Shown here: positions 9,536-18,594 of the stretch, piece after piece | Position numbering within the stretch: position 1 is the first letter of the stretch | How the letters are laid out: every line of letters begins with the position of its first letter | Assembly: GCA_050331735.1 (NCBI GenBank) | Contig: JBHJGN010000048.1 | Span: forward strand, 1 to 64,000 | Source: Cyanophyceae cyanobacterium | GTDB lineage: Bacteria > Cyanobacteriota > Cyanobacteriia > Cyanobacteriales > JBHJGN01 | Direction: 5' to 3' | DNA: 64,000 nt | Notes under the pieces: model-generated | Database searches by the model: none | What the model saw: only the letters and a program-made list of their open reading frames with translations | What the model was told of the DNA's origin: nothing | Program-made: the position numbers and the translations under genes

Positions 9536-9749
9536 GCGCAGGGAAAGCGCCACAGGCGCAGGGAAAAGGGGAAAGGGAGCAAGAAGAATCAATTAGTTTA
9601 TTCCTTAATTCTGTGTTCTTTTCCCGTCGCGAACGCGACAGTTTACCCCTTCCCCGTCCCGTCAGGGACAGTTTCCTCTTTCCCCCTTCCCCGTCCCGCC
9701 GGGACTATTCTCTCTTTCCCCCTTCCCCGTCCCGCCGGGACATTTCCCC
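9527..9749. repeat. Hairpin/purine-tract mosaic repeat, full copy
   Basis: Two GCGCC-N3-GGCGC hairpins, GGGAAA tracts, core, TTCCCC tracts, and hairpins GTCGCGAACGCGAC, GTCCCGTCAGGGAC and GTCCCGCCGGGAC x2. The first hairpin contains the SLH gene stop codon. Confidence 0.85.
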
Positions 9750-9801
9750 AAGAAATGATTCATAATTCAAACAGCACCCCTTACAGAGCGAGAGTTAGGC
9801 C

Positions 9802-12018
9802 GTGAAACTACTGAATCTTGGGAAACCGCAGTCACCTCCCCCTGAAGACAGTAGTTCAGGATTAGGAACGTTTGGCGGCGTGTATACTCCATCACTCCTG
9901 ACTATCTTGGGCGTGATTATGTATCTGCGCTTCGGCTGGGTCGTGGGTAACGTTGGTTTGCTGGGCACTCTGATCATTGTGACCCTATCTACCTTAATCA
10001 CGTTTTTAACGTCTTTGTCTATCTGTGCGATCGCCACCGATCGAGAAGTGCGGGTGGGGGGAGCGTACTACATGATCAGCCGCTCTCTAGGAATTGAAAC
10101 CGGAGGAGCCGTAGGCATTCCCCTCTACTTTGCTCAGGCGCTGTCGGTGGCGCTCTACACCATCGGCTTTGCCGAAAGCGTCGTCGATACTTTTCCCAAT
10201 CTTAATCAGCTTTACGTCGCTCTAGTGGTGACGGTGCTGGTCGCTTTCCTGGCCTATACCTCTGCCTCCCTCGCCATTCGCGCCCAGTATTTCATCATGG
10301 CGGCGATCGCTCTGTCCCTGATCTGTTTTTTGTTGGGTCGCCCTCTCGAAAACACCGATATTGAAATGTGGGGAGCGCCGGATCGCTTATCAGAGCCATT
10401 CTGGACGGTGTTTGCTGTTTTCTTTCCGGCGGTGACAGGCATCATGGCCGGGGTTAATCTATCGGGAGATCTCCGCGATCCGGTGAAATCGATTCCGGTC
10501 GGGACACTGGCCGCCGTTGGCACAGGCTACCTGATCTACATGGGTCTGCCGATCCTGCTAGCCAATCGGGCTGATGCCGTCACTCTGATTGAAGATCCCC
10601 TGATTATGAAACGGATCTCGATCTGGGGACCATCCGTGCTGCTGGGAGTATGGGGAGCGACGCTGAGTAGTGCCCTCGGCTCGATTTTAGGCGCTCCTCG
10701 CGTACTTCAGGCGCTGGCTAGAGACGGCGTTCTGCCCCGCTGGATGAGTTTCTTAGGCAAGGGCAGCGGACCCACCGACGAACCCCGGATTGGGACCGCC
10801 GTCACCCTCGTCGTCGTGATTGCGACGGTTTGTGTGGGGGAACTCAACCTGATTGCTCCGGTGCTGTCGATGTTTTTTCTGACTACCTATCTCGTTTTGA
10901 ACGTCGCGGCAGGAATTGAAACTTTTCTTCAGAGTCCGTCTTTTCGTCCGTCTTTTCGGGTTCACTGGTTCTTCTCGCTGCTGGGGGCAATTGGCTGTCT
11001 GGCGGTGATGTTTTTGATTAACGCGGTGGCCACCGTCGTTGCGGCCCTGATTGTCCTAGCGATTTTCTTCTGGCTAGAGCGGCGAGAGCTAGAAACGACC
11101 TGGGGAGATGTGCGGCGCGGCCTGTGGATGGCGCTGCTGCGAGCGGGGCTGTTTCAGCTCGATCATGCCGACGACCCTAAAAATTGGCGACCGAACATTC
11201 TCGTTCTGTCGGGAGCCCCTTCGCGGCGCTGGTCTTTAGTACAGCTAGCCGATGCTCTCACTCACAATCGAGGTTTGGTGACAATTTCTAGCGTCCTGCC
11301 GAGCGGTTCCCGCGACGTCGCCCAACAGATGGAGCTGGAGCAAACGATCCGCGAATATCTGCAAAAGCGAGGCATTCAGGCACTGGTGCGCGTTCTAACC
11401 GCTCCCGATCCGTTTGAGGGGGCTGAGCGCCTCGTAGAAACCTACGGGCTAGGTCCGGTGGTTCCCAACACGGTGCTGCTAGGCGATAGCGAAGAAGCCA
11501 CTCACCGCGATCGCTACTGCCAGATGCTCGCCAAACTCCATCAGGCTAAGCGCAGTATTATTGTGCTCAGAGAAAATGAAGAACGTCAGTTTGGCTTCCG
11601 TCGCCGGACTGATGTTTGGTGGGGAGGAATGCAGGCCAACGGCAGCCTGATGCTGCTCCTGACCTACCTCTTGCACACCGATCGCTCGTGGCGCAACGCC
11701 AAAACCTATCTCAAGCTCGTCGTTCCTGATGCGACAGCGGCAGATGATGCCAAGAAAAATCTCCAGGCTTTGGTAAACGAGCTGCGCATCAGTGCTATTC
11801 CAAAAGTGATTATTGCCGATGGACGCTCGTTTACCGAAATTCTGCATTCCTCGTCTAAAGATGCCGATCTGATCTTTTTGGGTATGGCCGCCCCCAGAGA
11901 AAACTATACCCAGTACTACGAGAGTCTTCAGGCCAGAACGAAAGGTTTACCCACTACCGTCTTTGTACTCGCCGCTCCCGACTTTGACTTTGAAGAAGTG
12001 CTGAGCGAGAGCGAGTGA
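9802..12018 (+). CDS. Cation-chloride cotransporter (SLC12/CCC-like, APC superfamily)
   Basis: LTILGVIMYLRFGWVVG, GGAYYMISRSLG, FFPAVTGIMAG.NLSGDL, KNWRPNIL, DVWWGG. Confidence 0.9.
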   Translation: MKLLNLGKPQSPPPEDSSSGLGTFGGVYTPSLLTILGVIMYLRFGWVVGNVGLLGTLIIVTLSTLITFLTSLSICAIATDREVRVGGAYYMISRSLGIETGGAVGIPLYFAQALSVALYTIGFAESVVDTFPNLNQLYVALVVTVLVAFLAYTSASLAIRAQYFIMAAIALSLICFLLGRPLENTDIEMWGAPDRLSEPFWTVFAVFFPAVTGIMAGVNLSGDLRDPVKSIPVGTLAAVGTGYLIYMGLPILLANRADAVTLIEDPLIMKRISIWGPSVLLGVWGATLSSALGSILGAPRVLQALARDGVLPRWMSFLGKGSGPTDEPRIGTAVTLVVVIATVCVGELNLIAPVLSMFFLTTYLVLNVAAGIETFLQSPSFRPSFRVHWFFSLLGAIGCLAVMFLINAVATVVAALIVLAIFFWLERRELETTWGDVRRGLWMALLRAGLFQLDHADDPKNWRPNILVLSGAPSRRWSLVQLADALTHNRGLVTISSVLPSGSRDVAQQMELEQTIREYLQKRGIQALVRVLTAPDPFEGAERLVETYGLGPVVPNTVLLGDSEEATHRDRYCQMLAKLHQAKRSIIVLRENEERQFGFRRRTDVWWGGMQANGSLMLLLTYLLHTDRSWRNAKTYLKLVVPDATAADDAKKNLQALVNELRISAIPKVIIADGRSFTEILHSSSKDADLIFLGMAAPRENYTQYYESLQARTKGLPTTVFVLAAPDFDFEEVLSESE

Positions 12019-12038
12019 CGGGCGGCTCAAGTTATACC

Positions 12039-13772
12039 CTACTTTTTACCGTTAGTCTCCGTTAGTTCGCGCCGTCTTCTGGGGAGGAAGGGCAGGAATC
12101 CCAACACCAGCAAAGCCGTTGTCGATGCCGGTTCGGGGATCGGAAGACTGGGAGGACGACGAAAGGAGGAAGCTTCCTCAAAGTCGTGGGCATAGCCAAT
12201 GAGCTCTGCTTCCCCATAGATGTTGCCCATAAACTCTAGTGAGGTGGGAATTCCGTTCTCTGAGTAGCCCATCGGCACCGCGATCGCTGGCAGACCGAGA
12301 ATATTCGCTTCAAAGCGGGCGGGCAGGCTGCCAAACCGAGAGTAAACTCCGCTGGCTACGTTCTCATCCTGTGGCGGTGCTAGATAGTTGAGGGTGGGAA
12401 ACACAAAGGCATCAATGCCCTCCGCCGCCATGAAGTTTTCGTACTGCAAGGTCCGGAGTTCAGCGAGCGCGCTGAGCGCCCGATCAACCTCTGGCAGTTC
12501 CTCCCACGGTCGAGCCGTTCCTTCGAGCAGTGGTTCGGCAACAAGCTCTACATAGTCATAGAACTCGTAATCTTCTGAATAGATATCAAGCAGATCGACA
12601 AACGACCTAATCTCCTCGTCATCGTATCCTTGAATGAGCTGTTCGTAGTAAAAAGCCCGACTGAGGTTGCTGCGCTCATTGCTCTCTGGGTAGCCTGGAT
12701 ACCCCTCGATCGGTTCTTCGCTAAACCAGGTTACGTGAGCGGGAATATCCACCTCAACCAGCGTCGCTCCCTGAGCTTCTAAAATATCTTTTGCCTGCTC
12801 GAATGCCTCTGCTACCTCTGGCTGGAGCGGAAAATCTTGCCCTTCATCTGGATCCCCCTCACCGATGTAGTGGGTGGGCAGACCCAATACTTGTCCTTCT
12901 AGGGCAGTATCATCGAGGAAATCGGTGTAAGAGTCTGGTCGAATTTCTGCGATCGGTGGAATGTAGGGATTCCAGATATTATCGGGGTCGGGAGCCACGA
13001 GCGCGTCCATAGCGATCGCTACGTCAGAAACGGATTTGGCCATCGGTCCGATCACATCTCGCTCGGTTACTAGCGGCCACGTTCCGTCTACCGAAACCAA
13101 TCCGGCACTAGGCTTCAGACCCACCAGCGCATTGTGGGTGCTCGGAACGCGAATCGAGCCTCCGGTTTCTCCGCCCATCGAAAACATCGCCAGATTCGAG
13201 GCGACCGCCACTGCTGAACCACTGCTAGAGCCACCCGGAGTACGATTGGGGGCGTAGGGATTGAGGACGGTTCCATAGGCTTCGCTAATGCCGTCATAGG
13301 AAAAAGCCCAGGTACTCATTGTCGCTTTGCCCAGAATGATGGCTCCCGCTTGCTGAAGCTGCGCCACCGCGAAAGCATCCTCCTGAGCCGTAAAGGTTTC
13401 AAAGGCTTCAACGCCGTTGGTGGTGGTCAACCCCTCGACATTGTAAGAATTTTTGACAACGACAGGAATCCCATGAAGTGGTCCCAGAATCGTTCCTTGC
13501 TCGTACAGTCGATCTAACTCGGCAGCTCTTTCTAGGGCATCAGGATTAATAATCGGGACGGAATTAAGCTGAGGATCGAACTCCTCAATCCGCTCTAGAT
13601 ACATCTGCGTCAGTTCGGTACTGGTCAAAGTCCCTGTTTCAAAAGCATCACGAACGTCCTCAATGGTTGCTTCGACGATTTCAAAGGAGGCCGCCTGTGC
13701 TTCTATCGGCAACAACCCTAACATCGCGGCGGGAGCAGCGAGCAGAGAGTTTTTAAATCTAACTATCGACAT
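12039..13772 (-). CDS. Amidase-signature family enzyme with signal peptide and PEP-CTERM sorting signal
   Basis: GPLHGIPVVVK, GGSSSGS, GETGGSIRVP; N-terminal signal ending AQA; C-terminal IPEPASTTALLVLGFLPFLPRRRR. Confidence 0.9.
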   Translation of the reverse strand: MSIVRFKNSLLAAPAAMLGLLPIEAQAASFEIVEATIEDVRDAFETGTLTSTELTQMYLERIEEFDPQLNSVPIINPDALERAAELDRLYEQGTILGPLHGIPVVVKNSYNVEGLTTTNGVEAFETFTAQEDAFAVAQLQQAGAIILGKATMSTWAFSYDGISEAYGTVLNPYAPNRTPGGSSSGSAVAVASNLAMFSMGGETGGSIRVPSTHNALVGLKPSAGLVSVDGTWPLVTERDVIGPMAKSVSDVAIAMDALVAPDPDNIWNPYIPPIAEIRPDSYTDFLDDTALEGQVLGLPTHYIGEGDPDEGQDFPLQPEVAEAFEQAKDILEAQGATLVEVDIPAHVTWFSEEPIEGYPGYPESNERSNLSRAFYYEQLIQGYDDEEIRSFVDLLDIYSEDYEFYDYVELVAEPLLEGTARPWEELPEVDRALSALAELRTLQYENFMAAEGIDAFVFPTLNYLAPPQDENVASGVYSRFGSLPARFEANILGLPAIAVPMGYSENGIPTSLEFMGNIYGEAELIGYAHDFEEASSFRRPPSLPIPEPASTTALLVLGFLPFLPRRRRELTETNGKK

Positions 13773-14259
13773 CCTGCATATCCTCCAATCAAAGTTAAAA
13801 TTCTCGCCAAATATTAAATTGCCAATAATTAAAATTTAGTTAATCAAGCTACTTTTTCTCGAAAAAAGGGTAACTTTTAGGCTTTTTATAACAAAGTTTA
13901 CAAAAATAATATTTTCAACTTCTTGTCGTTACTTCTTGAGAACATAAACTCCTTAGTTGTCAGGCATAGAGCCATTAGAGAATACTGGTAAACAGATTTT
14001 AACGGATGTTCAAAAAGTTATCGAACGATTACAACGGTGTTTTTTGTTAATTAATATACAGCCAGATTACTTAATCTAGTGCCTCGAAATAAAGGTGTTA
14101 GAGTCAAGCCACAATTCTAAGAAACTAACGTTTGACAGACTAAAGGCACTAGCGATGGGGTGTGCCATGAGTTCATTGTCGTCTATAGGCTGGTAAAATA
14201 AGATACACTTTGAAGTAGCTAGGTAGCCATTAACAAACAACTATCGACTCGCTTATTCT

Positions 14260-14871
14260 ATGCCTTTAACCTGTCAGCAACTTCTCCAAAAATATCCTCA
14301 AGAGTGGCACGACGCGACCGTGCATCCCTTTCTAGAACAGTGTCAAGCAGGAACCATTAAGCCGGCACAGTTTAATACCTGGCTCGTGCAGGATTATCTC
14401 TTTGTCCTTGAGTTCACTCGCTTTGTCGGAAGAGTATTGGCCAGCGCTATGCCCGAACATTTTGAAACTCTTTTAGTTGGCTTAGGCGCTCTGCGTGAAG
14501 AATTAATTTGGTTTCGTGCCAAAGCCGAAGAGCGATCGCTCAATCTAGCCGCTCATCAACAAGCGACCTGCAACAAATATTGCAATTACCTAGAAAAGGT
14601 CGCTCAGATGCCCTATGCAGCGCAAGCAACAGCACTATGGGCCATTGAGCTTGCCTACAATCAGGCGTGGCAATCGCCCAAACCGATGCCCGATCCCTAT
14701 CAAGAGTTTAGCGATCGCTGGGGCAATCCGCAATTCACTGACTACGTAAAGATGCTGGAACAGCAGGCAGATGAGGCACTAGCAGCGCAGCCTGAGGCAG
14801 AAGCCGAAGCCGTGTTTAGGAGCATTGCTCGCTTGGAAAAAGATTTTTGGCAAATGGCGTTTGCTGGGTAG
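14260..14871 (+). CDS. tenA: TenA family (thiaminase II-like) protein
   Basis: HPFL, FNTWLVQDYLF, LEKDFWQMAF. Confidence 0.82.
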   Translation: MPLTCQQLLQKYPQEWHDATVHPFLEQCQAGTIKPAQFNTWLVQDYLFVLEFTRFVGRVLASAMPEHFETLLVGLGALREELIWFRAKAEERSLNLAAHQQATCNKYCNYLEKVAQMPYAAQATALWAIELAYNQAWQSPKPMPDPYQEFSDRWGNPQFTDYVKMLEQQADEALAAQPEAEAEAVFRSIARLEKDFWQMAFAG

Positions 14872-14875
14872 GAGA

Positions 14876-14931
14876 GTTGCTGCGCGACGGAAAAAGGGAA
14901 GCCAGTTGTTTCCGGGAAACAACTGGCTTCC
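14876..14931. repeat. Mosaic-repeat hairpin followed by a perfect 35-bp palindrome
   Basis: GTTGCTGCGCGAC-GGAAAAAG, then GGAAGCCAGTTGTTTCC-G-GGAAACAACTGGCTTCC (14897-14931). Confidence 0.8.
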
Positions 14932-15130
14932 GTGCGACGGTAGAAAAGTTCGGCGCAAGAAAGCAAGGGCAAAGGCTCAACCTCTTTAACAACGAACCTT
15001 AAAAAGTCTATAAATACATCATGTTTTTGCAATGAGCTGTCGTTAGGATTTTATAATGTGTGCATTCGAGCTGCCGAGCAGCAGTCGCAATTGATGCTTT
15101 GAGCTGATTCAGCCAACGCTAGCAAAACTG

Positions 15131-16417
15131 ATGAAAAAACAATCCTCAACCGCTTCTCAAGAGTTTAATATTCTGTGCATTGGTCAGCGGGGAGTGGGTA
15201 AAACCGTGTTTCTCGCGGCTAGCTATGCCCAAACTCACCAGCCGCAGCAGACGTATTCGTGGCAGCTTGAGGCGAAAGACCGGGAATCTCAGCAAAACTT
15301 AGAGAAGATTCTCGCCTATATCGCCGAAACGGGTCAGTATCCGCCCCCAACCATGAAGATCACTGACTTTTGTTTACGAGCCGCCGGACAAAAAAAGACA
15401 CGGGAGTTCCGCTGGTGGGACTTGCCGGGAGAAATTTGTACTCTGGAGAATCAGGAGTTTCAGGAACTGGTGCTCCAGTCCCACGGCTGCTGTCTGTTTA
15501 TCAACGCCTATGCCCTCGTCTACAACCCACAGTATCGGCAAGAGCTAGAAGCGGTCTTTAAACCAGTCGTCGCGATCGCCTCGTTGGTCGAACAGCATCA
15601 GCTTCCCTATCGGTTTGCCCTGGTGCTGACCCAATGCGATCGCCTCTCCTCAGACCTCATTGGCCGACTCCAGATCGAAGAGCAGCTTCCGTCGCTGCTG
15701 GAGCGGCTCAACGCTGTCAATGCTGAATATAGCAAGTTTTATTCGTCGGCTCCCATTGTCGAGAAAAATGGCACCTCCGTTCTAGAAGCAGCGGGAGCCG
15801 CAGAAGCTCTTGGATGGCTGCTTGCTGGAACAAGTTCCGGCAAGCCTCAGCCAACTTTAAAAGCAGGTTTACAGAAAGGGATTAGCAGACGACCGTCGCG
15901 GAAACCGGCTCGTGCTCTTTTGGTAGGAACGAGTGCTGTCGCGTTGGTGGCGGTGGCGCTGTTTGGCTACGGCTGGATGCAGCGTTCTTCTGTCGAGGGA
16001 GATCAATTCAGGAAGTACCAGCAGGTTTTGGAAGTCGATCCGACTAATTCTGAAGCCTTAATGAATCTGGCTAGTCTCTATATGGAGAGCGGACAAACCA
16101 GCAATGCTGTACTGATGATCGAGAAGTTGGCAGAGCAGAATCCAGACAACACCGAGCTGCAGTTTAACCTCGCCAAGATCTATGAAGATACGGGTCAGAT
16201 GCAGAAAGCAGAACAGGTCTACGACCGGCTTCTTGCTGAGCAACAGAACAATTTGAGAGCACTGCTGAGTAAGGCCGTCCTTCGCAAGGCTCAAGGCGAC
16301 ACGCAGACGGCACAGACGCTGTTTACTCAGGCTGAAGCGGCAGCTCCGACAGATGCCCTAAAAGAGAAGATTCGTTCTCTTGCTCAAAGCACTCTCGAAG
16401 AGCAGACAGCCCCATAA
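15131..16417 (+). CDS. TRAFAC-like P-loop GTPase domain + TM helix + TPR repeats
   Basis: G1 GQRGVGKT, G2-like PPPT, G3 WDLPGE, G4-like LTQCD; hydrophobic ALLVGTSAVALVAVALFGYGW; C-terminal TPR-like repeats. Confidence 0.75.
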   Translation: MKKQSSTASQEFNILCIGQRGVGKTVFLAASYAQTHQPQQTYSWQLEAKDRESQQNLEKILAYIAETGQYPPPTMKITDFCLRAAGQKKTREFRWWDLPGEICTLENQEFQELVLQSHGCCLFINAYALVYNPQYRQELEAVFKPVVAIASLVEQHQLPYRFALVLTQCDRLSSDLIGRLQIEEQLPSLLERLNAVNAEYSKFYSSAPIVEKNGTSVLEAAGAAEALGWLLAGTSSGKPQPTLKAGLQKGISRRPSRKPARALLVGTSAVALVAVALFGYGWMQRSSVEGDQFRKYQQVLEVDPTNSEALMNLASLYMESGQTSNAVLMIEKLAEQNPDNTELQFNLAKIYEDTGQMQKAEQVYDRLLAEQQNNLRALLSKAVLRKAQGDTQTAQTLFTQAEAAAPTDALKEKIRSLAQSTLEEQTAP

Positions 16418-16418
16418 A

Positions 16419-16573
16419 GTCGCGTTCGCGACGGGGAAAGGGAAAACTGTCCCTGACGGGACGGGGAAAGAACACGGGGTTATGGAACAAGCTGATTTAA
16501 TTTTCCCTTTCCCCCTTCCCCTTTCCCCGTTGCGGAGCAACTTCTTTCCCTGCGCCTGTGGCGCTTCCCCTTT
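16419..16573. repeat. Hairpin/purine-tract mosaic repeat, full copy
   Basis: GTCGCGTTCGCGAC, GTCCCTGACGGGAC, core AAAGAACACGGGGTTATGGAACAAGCTGATT, GTTGCGGAGCAAC, GCGCCTGTGGCGC; starts 1 nt after the stop codon. Confidence 0.85.
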
Positions 16574-16592
16574 CTGCTTCAGTAAAAAAAAC

Positions 16593-16655
16593 ATACGCTG
16601 ACGTATTGACAAACTTGCAGAAGACACTATAAATTATTGCCATACGCTACCGTAT
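16593..16655 (+). promoter_or_regulatory. Sigma70-type promoter flanked by two TetR-like operators
   Basis: ATACG-N4-CGTAT at 16593-16606 and 16642-16655; TTGACA 16606-16611; TATAAA 16628-16633. Confidence 0.7.
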
Positions 16656-16664
16656 AGTCGAGGT

Positions 16665-17276
16665 ATGGTCCTACAGAGACAAGACTGGATTGAAGAAAGC
16701 TGGAAGGTAATCGCCACTCAAAGTGTCGAGGCGGTTAAAGTCGAGGCGATCGCTCGCCAATTGGGAGTGAGCAAAGGTAGCTTTTATTGGCACTTTAAAA
16801 ATCGTGCTGAGCTGCTCGATGCCCTTCTAAAGTACTGGCAACAAGATACGTTGCGGCTCATTCAGGAATCTCGGAAAGCTCCGACAGCTAAAGAAAGCCT
16901 GATGTGGCTGTTTAACCTGATCGATCAAACCAATCAGCAGTTTTCTGCTGATACGGCCATTTTCCTCTGGGCTAAGAAAAATGCTGGCGTGGCCCAACGG
17001 GTTAGAGAGGTAGAAAGCAAACGCATTCAATATTTACAAGAGCTTCTGCAAGGCTGCGGACTTAATTGGCAAGAAGCAGCCCATCGAGCAGAGGTTGCTT
17101 ATTTAGCTTTTCTAGGATATGCAGACCGTCGTCATCGAGATTCCCAATTTAGCCTGAGCATCAAAGAATTTAGCCATTTCTTACTGTCTATGCTAATAGC
17201 GCCAAGTACATCCCCGTCGCTAAACGGAAACGCTGATGGAGCCGCAACGGTGGGAGCTAACTATGAAGACCAGTAA
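16665..17276 (+). CDS. TetR/AcrR family regulator
   Basis: VKVEAIARQLGVSKGSFYWHFKNRAELL HTH. Confidence 0.93.
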   Translation: MVLQRQDWIEESWKVIATQSVEAVKVEAIARQLGVSKGSFYWHFKNRAELLDALLKYWQQDTLRLIQESRKAPTAKESLMWLFNLIDQTNQQFSADTAIFLWAKKNAGVAQRVREVESKRIQYLQELLQGCGLNWQEAAHRAEVAYLAFLGYADRRHRDSQFSLSIKEFSHFLLSMLIAPSTSPSLNGNADGAATVGANYEDQ

Positions 17277-18588
17277 AATGACGAGGGATACAGCCACAGG
17301 AAACGTTCGGCGATTTATCAAACCCAAAACCCGGCGGCTAGTCGTGCTATCAGTGGCGGGGCTAATTGCTTCCGGAGCCACCGTCGTTTACAGCCTCAAA
17401 TTTACCTCTAGCGAGCCACCCGAACCTCCACCACCGAGCGAATTGCCAATTATTGAGTCAGTGACGGCCCTGGGACGACTCGAACCCCAAGGAGAAGTCA
17501 TTGAGCTATCGCCTCCGCCAACGTTAGGAGCGGCCAAGGTAGCACAGCTCCTGGTGCAAGAAGGAGACCAAATTCAGGCCGGTCAGATGATCGCTATTCT
17601 CGATGACTATCCTCGCCGTCTGGCAGAGGTGGAGCGGGCTAAAAAAGAGGTTGCAGTGGCTCAAGCCAATTTAGCCGTGATCCGAGCAGGAGCCAAAACC
17701 GGAGAAATCCAGGCGCAGGAAGCAACGATTGAACGGATGCAGGCGCAGCTTATCGGAGAAAACGCCATCAATCGGGCGAAGATTGCCACCCTAGAAGCTC
17801 AGCTTCAAGGAGAACTACAAGAGCAAAGAGCCACCATCGAGCGCCTCCAGGCCGAACTCGCCAATGCGCGCACAGAGCTAGAGCGCTATCAGTATTTAGC
17901 CAATGAAGGAGCCATTTCAGAATCAGAGTTAGACCGGCGACGGCTGACCCTCGCGACAGCGAGAGCGAGGCTGGTAGAAGCTCGGGCGGCCTATGAGAAG
18001 CAGGAGGCCATGCTGCAACAGCAAATTCAAGAAGCGCGAGCCGTTAATCAGCAAGCCGCCAACACTCTAGAAAAACAGGTCCAGGAAGCTAGGGCGAATC
18101 TCGACCGCATTTCGGAAGTCCGCTATGTAGACGTGCAAAAAGCCCAGGCTGAATTAGCCAGAGCGCAAGCCGCTCTGACGCAGACCCAAGCAGAATTAGA
18201 GCTATCCACTGTGAAAGCGCCCGTTGCCAGTAAAGTGTTGAACATCAACGCCCGTCCGGGAGAAAGCGTTTCCGACGCAGGCATTGCCGACCTCGGTCAA
18301 ACCGACAGCATGATGGTTGTGGCGGAAGTGTACGAAAGCGATATTAGCAAAGTACGGCTCGGACAGCCAGCGATCGTCATCAGCGAAAGCGGTGCTTTTG
18401 ACCAGAAACTCCAGGGAACCGTCAGTCAAATTGGGTTGGTGGTGGGAAAAAATGATGTTCTCGATACCGATCCCGCTGCCGATGTAGATACGCGGGTTGT
18501 GGAGGTGAAAATTCTGCTTGAACCAGAAGATAGCCGCTCCGTCGCTGGCTTGACAAATTCTAAGGTGATTGCCGAAATCTTTATCTAA
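17263..18588 (+). CDS. devB: DevB-family membrane fusion protein
   Basis: VTALGRLEPQGEVI, long coiled coil, VVAEVYESDI, DPAADVDTRVVEVKI; start chosen at ATG 17263 with GGAG RBS. Confidence 0.88.
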   Translation: MKTSKMTRDTATGNVRRFIKPKTRRLVVLSVAGLIASGATVVYSLKFTSSEPPEPPPPSELPIIESVTALGRLEPQGEVIELSPPPTLGAAKVAQLLVQEGDQIQAGQMIAILDDYPRRLAEVERAKKEVAVAQANLAVIRAGAKTGEIQAQEATIERMQAQLIGENAINRAKIATLEAQLQGELQEQRATIERLQAELANARTELERYQYLANEGAISESELDRRRLTLATARARLVEARAAYEKQEAMLQQQIQEARAVNQQAANTLEKQVQEARANLDRISEVRYVDVQKAQAELARAQAALTQTQAELELSTVKAPVASKVLNINARPGESVSDAGIADLGQTDSMMVVAEVYESDISKVRLGQPAIVISESGAFDQKLQGTVSQIGLVVGKNDVLDTDPAADVDTRVVEVKILLEPEDSRSVAGLTNSKVIAEIFI

Positions 18589-18594
18589 CCCTCA

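Noticed and set aside
9527..9749. Mosaic repeats as a CRISPR array
   Set aside because: Units are 13-14 nt, vary in sequence, are separated by low-complexity tracts rather than unique spacers, and no cas genes are present.
13780..14259. TPP riboswitch or RNA gene upstream of tenA
   Set aside because: No TPP aptamer motifs recognised; it looks like an AT-rich divergent promoter region.
16358..16627. Short ORFs over the repeats (16358-16627, 16380-16601, 41705-41887, 48457-48801, 48590-48844, 54095-54346)
   Set aside because: GKGERG/FPFPLP-type translations are by-products of the purine/pyrimidine tracts.
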